Shown: positions 51,297 through 59,506 of the stretch, piece after piece
Layout: every line of letters begins with the position of its first letter
Position numbering within the stretch: position 1 is the first letter of the stretch
Source of the DNA: an uncultured Verrucomicrobiota bacterium
Lineage (GTDB): Bacteria > Verrucomicrobiota > Verrucomicrobiia > Limisphaerales > MWDV01
Direction of reading: 5' to 3'
DNA: 64,000 bases
Assembly (NCBI GenBank): GCA_964634255.1
Contig: CAZWJC010000001.1
Coordinates: 6,116 to 70,115, forward strand
The notes under the pieces: generated by a model
What the model was told of the DNA's origin: nothing
Seen by the model: the letters and a program-made list of their open reading frames with translations, nothing else
Database searches by the model: none
Translations under genes and position numbers: made by a program

Positions 51297-51535
51297 GGAT
51301 CGCGCTGCTGTGCCAGCAAGAGCGAATACGCATGCTCCGCTGAGATGTGGATGGTTACGGCGGTGAGGATTTCTTGTCCCGTTTCCCGTTTTTTTCCGTG
51401 GTACGCGGTGACGGACAGAAATGGTGATTAGACGGAGTGACTATGAACGGATGGCGACCGATATTATCGCGGGCGTGCCAGCGAACCAGTTATCGCCCTG
51501 GGCGATGCAGTCGCAGCGCGCGGTGTGGGAGTCAG

Positions 51536-53413
51536 ATGGCAAGCACCGCTGGCAGGCGGATTAGGCGCTGGACGATACTGATTTTGCTCATCGACCTGAA
51601 CGTCCGGCTTGTGTCCGGTCAACTCGCGATCACGGAGGTGATGTCTTCTGAAGCCGGGAACAGCCCCGTGGGCTCTGACTTTTGGGAGCTGTCGAACTTT
51701 GGAACGAACGACATTGACCTGACTGGCTACTATTTCACGGATGACAAGACGACGCCCGAGGTGCGACTTATTCAGGCCGGCGATACGAATTCTCTGCTGC
51801 GCGCAGGAGAGTCGGCTGTCTTCATCCGTACTGCGGTTACTACCAACGTCGCTCAGTTTAGGGAATGGTGGGGAGCATTACTTCCGGCACAACTGCAACT
51901 ACGTATGTACGGACCATCTCCGGGGCTAAGCAGTGTGGGAGACAAGCTCCAACTGTACAACCGGACCAGGCAGCTGGTGGATGCGGTGGCGTTTGGTGAG
52001 GCGCTGCCGGGGGTGAGTTTCACCTGTGACTCGGTCACGGGTGAGTTTGGTGTCCGCAGCGTGAGCGGCCAGTGTGGCGCATTCTGCGCCGCGATTGTGC
52101 CGCCGGATGCCCCGGCCCCAGATCTTGGCTCGCCGGGCTTCCATTGCGGTTCGATTCCTTTGGGGATTTTGCAGCAACCCACAAGTCAGGAAGTCTGTGC
52201 AGGTACGGAGGCCACTTTCAGCGTGCGAGCTGCCGGACTCCCGCGACCGAAGTATCAGTGGTATTTCAAGGATACGCCGCTTGCCGATGCCACCACCGCA
52301 ACGCTGACAATCACGAATGCAACGCCTGACAACGAAGGGAAATACCAAGTTGAGCTGAGCAGCAGCCTGGGGGCGCTCCGCAGTTCAATTGCTGTCCTGA
52401 CAGTAAACGCCAGCCCATGCGCGCCCACGCTGTTACTGCCGCCCGCCGATCTCGAGTTGTATGCTGGGCAGGTCGCGCGATTCGCCGTCACCGTCTGTGC
52501 CTTCCCAATGCCCAACTATCAGTGGTTCTCCAACGGCATCCCCATCGAGGGCGCGATTGAGCATGTCCTGCGGATGGAGAACTGTCAAACCACCATGTCG
52601 GGCGCCGAATTCTGCGTGGTTATCGAGAACGCGCTTGGCATCACCAATGCCTACGCCCGGTTGACGGTCACCCCTAAACCGACCCTCAGGATCACGGAAC
52701 TCTTTGCCTCCGCGTTGCCCGATTGTCCACCAGCACATGACTGGTTCGAGGTGACTAATCTGGGGACAAAGGCTGTCGATCTCAACGGTTACCGGATTTT
52801 GGATCAGTTCGATATTGAACACGCAGTGCGATTGACAAACACGGGGTCCATCCTGCCCGGAGAATCCGTCATCTTCGTGGAGCGCATGACGCCTGACGGC
52901 TTTGAAGCCTGGTGGGGGACGGACAACTTGCCCCGCGGGCCTAAGGTCATTCCGTTTGCCGGATTCGGACTCAAGGGCACGGGCGGAGAGCTATACCTTT
53001 GGAATGCGGCGGCCGAGGAAAATGGTGACGTGATTGACAGCGTATCGTACGCAGGGGCGTTAGCTGGGCGAAGCATTTATTTCCGGGAACCGGGTTGTGG
53101 CTATGGCTGCGATAGTGAGACGGGCATGTTTGGCGCTTTTCGGTCAGAAGGTTGCGGAGATATAGGTTCTCCGGGATACACGGCGAATCCCCTCCCGCAC
53201 TTCCTCGACATCCGGCGAGAAGGCGTATCGGTCCTGCTGAAATGGCGTGCGGTGGAGGCCCGACGTTACCGTATAAGGTACAAGGCAGACTTAGCTGAAG
53301 CGACGTGGAAAGAGCTTGGCGTCTTCACCGCGACTGCGGCAGTTCAAACCACAACAGACACCAATGCCGGAGACTCAGCGCGGCGGTTCTATTGTTTGGA
53401 GGAGCTGCCTTGA
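51536..53413 (+). CDS. exported protein with two lamin-tail domains, two Ig (I-set-like) domains and a C-terminal sorting-like domain
   Basis: In-frame ATG 51536. LTD motifs (LAITEVMS...FWELSNFG..IDLTGYYFTDD; LRITELFA...WFEVTNLG..VDLNGYRILD). Ig-like PKYQWYF...L.I.NATPDNEGKYQV. Ends ...RRFYCLEELP. Confidence 0.75.
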   Translation: MASTAGRRIRRWTILILLIDLNVRLVSGQLAITEVMSSEAGNSPVGSDFWELSNFGTNDIDLTGYYFTDDKTTPEVRLIQAGDTNSLLRAGESAVFIRTAVTTNVAQFREWWGALLPAQLQLRMYGPSPGLSSVGDKLQLYNRTRQLVDAVAFGEALPGVSFTCDSVTGEFGVRSVSGQCGAFCAAIVPPDAPAPDLGSPGFHCGSIPLGILQQPTSQEVCAGTEATFSVRAAGLPRPKYQWYFKDTPLADATTATLTITNATPDNEGKYQVELSSSLGALRSSIAVLTVNASPCAPTLLLPPADLELYAGQVARFAVTVCAFPMPNYQWFSNGIPIEGAIEHVLRMENCQTTMSGAEFCVVIENALGITNAYARLTVTPKPTLRITELFASALPDCPPAHDWFEVTNLGTKAVDLNGYRILDQFDIEHAVRLTNTGSILPGESVIFVERMTPDGFEAWWGTDNLPRGPKVIPFAGFGLKGTGGELYLWNAAAEENGDVIDSVSYAGALAGRSIYFREPGCGYGCDSETGMFGAFRSEGCGDIGSPGYTANPLPHFLDIRREGVSVLLKWRAVEARRYRIRYKADLAEATWKELGVFTATAAVQTTTDTNAGDSARRFYCLEELP

Positions 53414-53427
53414 GACTGACTCTTCCA

Positions 53428-54315
53428 ATGCGGCGACTTCCATGCTGTGGAGGCCAGCGACCCTGGCTTCACTCATGGGCAGTACGTTGGTGCGGAGGCT
53501 TGGGGGGCCAAGGATGGCCGCATGCCGATCAGGGCGGCAGAACGGGCTTTACCTTGATCGAGTTGCTCGTCGTGATCACCATCCTCGCGATTCTGGCTGG
53601 GCTTCTTCTCCCGGCCCTGATAAGGGCGAAATCGTCGGCGCGGCGTATTGAGTGTGTGAGCCGGCAGAGCCAGTGGGCCAAGGCCTTTCTCTCCTATACA
53701 GACGATCACGATGGATGGATTCCACGCGAAGGCTACCACTCGAATGGTGAAGTGTACCGGAATAACTGGGCGCAAGTGCAGGATTCAAGCGCGGCGGCTG
53801 TTTGGTACAATGCCCTTTCGGATTCGAATGACATCCGGCGGCCGCCTGCTTCGTATTACGCTTCGAAGGAAGATGCAGAAAAGCAGATGTTGTTCTACAA
53901 ACGGAACAGCTTTTTCCACTGTCCGAGTGCCCCCTTACCCAAGGACGTATGGGATTCCACATACCAGACGGTGATCTTCTCCATTGCGATGAACTCACGG
54001 TTGATCGAACCAGGTCGAGCTCCGACGATAAAACTCAGTCGAATCAATCATGATTCCCAAACGGTCTTGTTTCTCGACAATCTTTTGGATGGGGAGCGAA
54101 AGGTGGTTTCGGAACAAGCGAATGACTACCTTGGCCAACCGGGCGCCAGTGCCAACCGGTACGCGGGAGTGCGGCACGGCAAATGTGGCGTGATGGCCTT
54201 TGCCGATGGCCACGTAACACCTGTGCGGGGTGACAGGGCGGTTACCATGAAAGGGGCGTACGCGGGAATGGAGATCATGCCGCCGGTGGACATTTTCTGG
54301 GAGCCGGACGAGTAA
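53428..54315 (+). CDS. prepilin-type N-terminal cleavage/methylation domain protein with C-terminal H-X9-DG motif
   Basis: GFTLIELLVVITILAILAGLLLPAL pseudopilin N-terminus and C-terminal RHGKCGVMAFADGHV (H-x9-DG). The leader from ATG 53428 is unusually long, so the true start may be further downstream. Confidence 0.8.
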   Translation: MRRLPCCGGQRPWLHSWAVRWCGGLGGQGWPHADQGGRTGFTLIELLVVITILAILAGLLLPALIRAKSSARRIECVSRQSQWAKAFLSYTDDHDGWIPREGYHSNGEVYRNNWAQVQDSSAAAVWYNALSDSNDIRRPPASYYASKEDAEKQMLFYKRNSFFHCPSAPLPKDVWDSTYQTVIFSIAMNSRLIEPGRAPTIKLSRINHDSQTVLFLDNLLDGERKVVSEQANDYLGQPGASANRYAGVRHGKCGVMAFADGHVTPVRGDRAVTMKGAYAGMEIMPPVDIFWEPDE

Positions 54316-54338
54316 CTGTCTGCGTAGGCGAGGATACG

Positions 54339-56588
54339 ATGAGCAATTGTCAACACTGTGGGAAAGAAGTGCCGCCGGGCGTACGCCTCGGACTGTGCCC
54401 CGAGTGTTTGTTGGCGGCTGGATCAGAGACAGAAACAGGCGAGGGACACGAGTTTGGAGACGTGGTGGGGGTGGGCAGTCGTCGTTTTGGGGACTATGAG
54501 TTTGGGGAGCAAATCGGGCGCGGAGGGATGGGAGTCGTGTACCGCGCTACCCAGGTGAGCCTGCGGCGGCCGGTCGCCGTCAAGATGATCCTGGATGCGT
54601 TGCTCGACTCACCCACCGCGCGCAGGCGCTTTATGATTGAGGCCGAGGCGGCGGCCAAGCTCGACCATCCGAACATCGTTCGGATCTTTGACGTGGGGGA
54701 ACACGCCGAGCAGCCGTTTTTGAGCATGCAGTTGATCGAAGGCGAAAGCCTGCGTGTGAAATTAGGGCGGGGTGAAATGGGAGTGTCAGTCCGAGATGGT
54801 GAGCCAAAGAAAGGCCAGCTTCAGGCCCGGCAACGCGCCGTGGCTGAACTCATGGCGCTTGTTGCCCGTGCGGTGCATCACGCGCACCAGAAGGGGGTCC
54901 TGCACCGGGATCTGAAGCCGGGCAACATTCTGGTGGATTCAGACGGGCAGCCGCACCTGACGGACTTTGGATTGGCGAAGATTCTGGAAACCGGACCGGG
55001 TGAAGCCTCCACCGCTCCAGCGACCGTCTCTGGAACCGCTCAAGGCACGCCAAGCTACATGTCCCCGGAACAGGCGCTGGGGAGGCCGGTGACGCCGGCC
55101 TCAGACATCTACAGCCTCGGCGCCGTGCTCTATGAATTGCTGACAGGTCAACCTCCGTTCAAGGCTCACACGCCGCTCGAGACGCTGAAACTCGTGGTGG
55201 AGCAGGAACCGCGCAAACCTCGAACGCAGCAACCCGGGGTGGCTTTGGACTTGGAGACCATCAGCCTGAAGTGTCTCGATAAACAGCCGGAGAAACGCTA
55301 CGGCTCGGCGTTGGCGTTGGCGGAAGACTTAGAGCGGTGGCTGCGAGGCGAGCCCATCAAGGCCCGTCCGGCTGGATGGGCGGTCAGGTCTGGCCGCTGG
55401 GTGCGGCGCAACCGAGTCGTCGCCGGGCTCATTGCCAGCCTTGGCCTCGGTCTCACCAGTGCCGCATTGCTGCTGGTCAACGTGGCGGAGAAGCAAAAGG
55501 GGTTGGAGCAGTTTCGTTACGTCGAGACAAAGCGGTTCACCCGAAGCATTGAGAGCCTTTGGAGTGATTCCACGAAATCGCATGTGGAGATTGAGTCGGA
55601 GTACCTGGCAGCCATCGCTCGCCTCCAGCAACAGGAATTCGTCCCCGAAGCCCAGCGATTGACCTTCGCGTTGAATATCGGAGGTGACCCGTTTGGTCGC
55701 GCTGAGAGCTACGCCCCGGTTTTGCGGGTCATTGAAGAACGGCTTCAAGCCCACCTCCAACGGCCGATCCGTATGGATCTGAGATTGTATCGTAACAGTA
55801 ATCGGGCGTTTATGGCTGTGGCCCGGGGTGAGGTGGATTTCCAGCGTTTCAGCGCGCTCAATTACCTCCGTGCTGATGCTCTCTCCCACGATGTCGAGCC
55901 GATCGTGCAGCAGAATGCAATTCAGCAGGGAGTGATTTTCGCACGGGCGGACGCGGGCATTAGCAACTTGAGCCAGGTGGTCGGCAAACGAATTGCCTTT
56001 GCTCACACGAACTCCATGATGAGTTTCCAGGCCAAAGTGTGCCTGATCCAGGCCGGGGTAACACCTGCGAATGTGGCTTCCTTCGAAAACTTGAACCTGT
56101 CCGAGCCTGCTTCATCGGATTCAACAAATCGCAACGACGATGAGCAGCCTGCCGACGAGCGGTTCTCGCACTTCGAAGTCATCAAACGCGTGCTGGCCGG
56201 CCAGTATGACGTCGGTGAAGCGCCGTTGCGCCATTTCCGGAATAATATGTTCAAGGGGCGTAAGACCGTGCTGGTGGAACTGGTTACGTTCACCATTCCC
56301 CCGAACGTCATTGTCGCTCGGGCGGGATTAGAGCGTAACGTGATCGAAGGCTGTCGCCAGGGATTTCTGAAATTGAACGCGAGTCGGTACACGGGACTGC
56401 TCGGGAAACTCCACGGCTATTCCATCACCGGATACGAACCGGTTACGGACGCTTCGTTCAATGAACTGCGCACCGCGCTAGTCAGCCAAGCCATTTTGTT
56501 CGATCAGGAGCGTGCGCCGTCTTCGACTGTGCCTCCTACGGTCATCCCGTCCAACGCTCCACCATCTGCCACTTCCGCTGTATGGTGA
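54339..56588 (+). CDS. Hanks-type Ser/Thr protein kinase with CxxC..CPxC ribbon, one TM and a periplasmic PhnD-like substrate-binding domain, copy 3
   Basis: MSNCQHCG...CPEC. Kinase motifs GRGGMGVVYRA, VAVK, HRDLKPGNILV, DFGLAK and GTPSYMSPE. TM VVAGLIASLGLGLTSAALLLV. C-terminal ...GEVDFQRFSALNY...IAFAHTNSMMSFQAK... resembles phosphonate-type periplasmic binding proteins. Confidence 0.9.
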   Translation: MSNCQHCGKEVPPGVRLGLCPECLLAAGSETETGEGHEFGDVVGVGSRRFGDYEFGEQIGRGGMGVVYRATQVSLRRPVAVKMILDALLDSPTARRRFMIEAEAAAKLDHPNIVRIFDVGEHAEQPFLSMQLIEGESLRVKLGRGEMGVSVRDGEPKKGQLQARQRAVAELMALVARAVHHAHQKGVLHRDLKPGNILVDSDGQPHLTDFGLAKILETGPGEASTAPATVSGTAQGTPSYMSPEQALGRPVTPASDIYSLGAVLYELLTGQPPFKAHTPLETLKLVVEQEPRKPRTQQPGVALDLETISLKCLDKQPEKRYGSALALAEDLERWLRGEPIKARPAGWAVRSGRWVRRNRVVAGLIASLGLGLTSAALLLVNVAEKQKGLEQFRYVETKRFTRSIESLWSDSTKSHVEIESEYLAAIARLQQQEFVPEAQRLTFALNIGGDPFGRAESYAPVLRVIEERLQAHLQRPIRMDLRLYRNSNRAFMAVARGEVDFQRFSALNYLRADALSHDVEPIVQQNAIQQGVIFARADAGISNLSQVVGKRIAFAHTNSMMSFQAKVCLIQAGVTPANVASFENLNLSEPASSDSTNRNDDEQPADERFSHFEVIKRVLAGQYDVGEAPLRHFRNNMFKGRKTVLVELVTFTIPPNVIVARAGLERNVIEGCRQGFLKLNASRYTGLLGKLHGYSITGYEPVTDASFNELRTALVSQAILFDQERAPSSTVPPTVIPSNAPPSATSAVW

Positions 56589-56616
56589 GCGCCCTGAACC
56601 GCAACCAACGACGACA

Positions 56617-57276
56617 ATGCCTCGCCTGGTCTTTACAGAAACACCCTTTGCCGAGCGGTCCTTCGAGTTTGTGCTGGAAACGACCCGAGTCGGTCGGAGC
56701 GAAGCCAACAACTTGGTAATCCGGGATGCCCGGGTCTCTCGCACCCACTGCGAGATTCTGGTCTGGCGGGACGAAGTGATCGTGCGTGATCTTGGCTCGT
56801 GCAATGGAACTCTGCTGAACGGTCGCTGTCTCCGCAGGCAACAAGCACAGATGCAACCAGGGCAGGTTCTGCAAATTGGTGCGATAAAGGCACGACTGGA
56901 GCTCGATGTGCCACAGCGTCCATCACCGGTTGCCATAACCGACACTGGCTCGGGGCAAGAACCGCGATCGCAGCGACGAGATTCGGAAACGGTGGACAGC
57001 ATCACTGCGGTCCACGCCTATGTGCGGTTTCTCCGGAGCCGGGCTGAGACCGGTAAGGGGGCGAATGCGCTGCATGCCAAGGTTGTTCTTGATGGTGGTG
57101 CGGGAATCGACTCCGAGAAGCCGACGACAGTCGCCTCGGTTCTGCCCGGCCCACATAATCAGGAAGCGGCGAGTGCCACTAATCCGGTCCCACCGCAAGA
57201 ACAACCGTCGAACCGGGTTCGCCGCAGGGCTGGGTGGATGCAGTGGTGCTTCAAGTGGTGGCGTAGGGAAAAGTGA
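56617..57276 (+). CDS. FHA domain-containing protein
   Basis: In-frame ATG 56617. The N-terminal 100 aa (...TTRVGRSEANNLVIRDARVSRTHCEILVWRDEVIVRDLGSCNGTLLNG) is a canonical FHA core (GR...S.H...NGT). Confidence 0.8.
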   Translation: MPRLVFTETPFAERSFEFVLETTRVGRSEANNLVIRDARVSRTHCEILVWRDEVIVRDLGSCNGTLLNGRCLRRQQAQMQPGQVLQIGAIKARLELDVPQRPSPVAITDTGSGQEPRSQRRDSETVDSITAVHAYVRFLRSRAETGKGANALHAKVVLDGGAGIDSEKPTTVASVLPGPHNQEAASATNPVPPQEQPSNRVRRRAGWMQWCFKWWRREK

Positions 57277-57344
57277 GCGAGTCAGAGGATAACGCACAAA
57301 ACACCAAGGCGTCCTCGTCAGCACCTAACCGTGGGCTCTGAACA

Positions 57345-58175
57345 ATGGGGCGAGAGCACAACAATGATATGACACTCAAGGAAGAACAACAGACCGTGCA
57401 ACGCCAACGCCGAAGAGAATGGTTCGACGACGACCGGTTCTGGCGTGACCTCGCGCCGTTTCTCCTTTCGGAGCGAGCTTTCGCCGACGCGGCCGAGCAG
57501 GTTGACAAGTTGTTGCGGTTGACCAAACCGCGAGGCAAAGCGGTGCTTGACCTCTGCTGTGGTGGAGGTCGCTTTGCCGTTCCGTTAGCCAGACGGGGTT
57601 TCGCGGTTACGGGAGTGGATCGCACCCGGTTCTACTTGCGAGACGCCCGCGCAAAGGCCCGCCTCGCCCGCGTCAACATCGAATGGGTTCAAGCCGACAT
57701 GCGTGACTTTCTCAGGCCCCAGGCCTATGACCTCGTGATCAGCATGTTGACTTCGCTGGGGTACTTCGGCGACAAACAAGAGGACCTCCGAGTTCTCGGA
57801 AATGTATTCCGCAATCTCCGTCCGGGTGGGCGATGCCTCGTGGACGTCATGGGTAAGGAAATACTCGCGCGCATTGCCCAACCAACGACTTCCGAGGTGC
57901 TGCCGGATGGCACCCGGTCCGTGATTCGCCATGAGATCTGTGACGGGTGGAGCCGCGTCCGCAACGAATGGCTGTTCATCCGCAACGGGAAAGCCCGAAC
58001 CTATCGCTTTGAGCACACGGTCTATTCTGGGCAGGAACTGCGCGATCTTCTGGAGCGGACGGGTTTTGTGGATGTGCATTTGTTCGGCAGCCTCGACGGC
58101 AAAGAATACGGCCTGCAGGCACAACGGCTCATCGTAGTGGCGCAGAAGCCGAAAGACCCTCCGTCTGTGGTATGA
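57345..58175 (+). CDS. class I SAM-dependent methyltransferase
   Basis: 276 aa; motif I VLDLCCGGGRFAVPLARRGFAVTGVD and post-I/II motifs (DLVISM, LRPGGRCLV). Confidence 0.8.
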   Translation: MGREHNNDMTLKEEQQTVQRQRRREWFDDDRFWRDLAPFLLSERAFADAAEQVDKLLRLTKPRGKAVLDLCCGGGRFAVPLARRGFAVTGVDRTRFYLRDARAKARLARVNIEWVQADMRDFLRPQAYDLVISMLTSLGYFGDKQEDLRVLGNVFRNLRPGGRCLVDVMGKEILARIAQPTTSEVLPDGTRSVIRHEICDGWSRVRNEWLFIRNGKARTYRFEHTVYSGQELRDLLERTGFVDVHLFGSLDGKEYGLQAQRLIVVAQKPKDPPSVV

Positions 58176-58362
58176 GCGTCTGTACCGGTCGGGGGGAAAT
58201 CAATGGTCGACAGGTCGAGCGTGTGGTGGTTAGCGATTGAGGGTGAATCCCGCTTTGGCAGATTCGGTGGCTGGCCGAACTTGCCGTTGCGAGACTCCTG
58301 GCACACCTGTCGCAAGCACGACCGCTTGGTGTGCGGCGCGCTATAAGGCCTGCGGGAGACTG

Positions 58363-59007
58363 ATGGAATCACCCGTGTCTTCATGGCGGGGGAGATTGAG
58401 TCAACTGAAGATGGTCACTCGGCCCAAGCCTCCTTGGGCAGTCGAGGGGCGAGCGCCCACCGCCGCGCGCCTCGGCAAAATCTATTTTGACACCGTTAAC
58501 CAGAGCGTTTACCCGTCTGCCGTGAGCGACGACGTGTTCCCCTCCGGCCCGTGGACGGGCTTCTACAACTACCAGCCCGGCGACCGGCATCGCATGGATT
58601 TGCACCTGACCTTCGGGAACGGGCGGATATCGGGCAATGGCAACGATGATGTTGGGCGCTTCACGATCTGTGGACGCTATGACGTGACGACCAAGGAGTG
58701 TTGGTGGACGAAGAGCTATCCCGGCAGCCACGACGTGTCGTATCGCGGCTTTCGTGAGGGTAAAGGGATTTGGGGTGCCTGGGACATCAAGGTGTTCGCC
58801 CACGGGGGCTTTCACATCTGGCCAAAGCAGGCAGGGGAGAGAGAAACAGAATCAGTATTCGCTGCGCAAGACGAGCGCGTGGAGGCGGTCGCGTGCCAAG
58901 CGGCTCTGACGCCCGAGATCGCGGAGTTCTGTGGCAAGAAAATGAAAACCCAGCCACCCCGGGATGGCTGGGTCACAGATTCGAAATACACCCCACAGGC
59001 CGGGTGA
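58363..59007 (+). CDS. hypothetical protein
   Basis: ORF with GC-rich third positions. The conserved-looking core is FPSGPWTGFYNY...GNGNDDVGRF.I.G.Y......W.K.Y.G.H.V.Y.G......IWG.W. The start is uncertain (58237, 58363 or 58411). Confidence 0.4.
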   Translation: MESPVSSWRGRLSQLKMVTRPKPPWAVEGRAPTAARLGKIYFDTVNQSVYPSAVSDDVFPSGPWTGFYNYQPGDRHRMDLHLTFGNGRISGNGNDDVGRFTICGRYDVTTKECWWTKSYPGSHDVSYRGFREGKGIWGAWDIKVFAHGGFHIWPKQAGERETESVFAAQDERVEAVACQAALTPEIAEFCGKKMKTQPPRDGWVTDSKYTPQAG

Positions 59008-59048
59008 CTCACCCGTTTCCCAGTCTGTCTGGTGTGGTAATGCAGCGC

Positions 59049-59363
59049 TTAGCGCCGCACCCCTTGGCGATTGAGCACCTGCGATAGCGTCGAGGCGCCA
59101 GAACGCCGGATAGTCTCTTCGTTGATCACCACCAACTGGTAAGGACCATCAGTAATGCGGCCGCTGAGATCCACGGTGCGCCCGGTTTGAGAGCCCGTTC
59201 GTGTTTCGAGCTTCTGCTTGTTCGTCTTGGATTTCGAGCACGAGCAAGTCTTGTTGTCCGCGGCTGTTTTCGACGCAGTCGCCTGCTTATCCGGCGCGGC
59301 GACGGCCACCCCACCTGCCAGCGCGAGGGCGCCAAGGAATGCGAAGGTTCTTTTCATAGGCAT
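59049..59363 (-). CDS. small exported protein ending in a TonB-dependent-receptor plug-like motif (possible gene remnant)
   Basis: Start ATG 59363 or 59357 gives signal peptide MPMKRTFAFLGALALAGGVAVA. The C-terminus VVINEETIRRSGASTLSQVLNR resembles the first conserved strand of TBDR plug domains, then stops. Confidence 0.35.
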   Translation of the reverse strand: MPMKRTFAFLGALALAGGVAVAAPDKQATASKTAADNKTCSCSKSKTNKQKLETRTGSQTGRTVDLSGRITDGPYQLVVINEETIRRSGASTLSQVLNRQGVRR

Positions 59364-59457
59364 ATGTGCTGAAGTTGAGCCAACTGTGCGCGCAATCCGG
59401 CTGATTTCAAGTCGAAAGTTCATCGCTGTTTCCGTTGTCACCCGCCCCCCTCAAACG

Positions 59458-59488
59458 AAAAAGGCCGGGCGACGTAGGTCGCCCGGCC
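59458..59488 (-). terminator. intrinsic terminator downstream of the TonB-dependent receptor gene
   Basis: Perfect 11-bp stem ggccgggcgac (59463-59473) / gtcgcccggcc (59478-59488) with a 4-nt loop. On the minus strand it is followed by a run of five U (plus-strand aaaaa 59458-59462). It lies 19 nt after the TBDR stop. Confidence 0.7.
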
Positions 59489-59506
59489 CTGCAAACAGAT
59501 TCCGGT

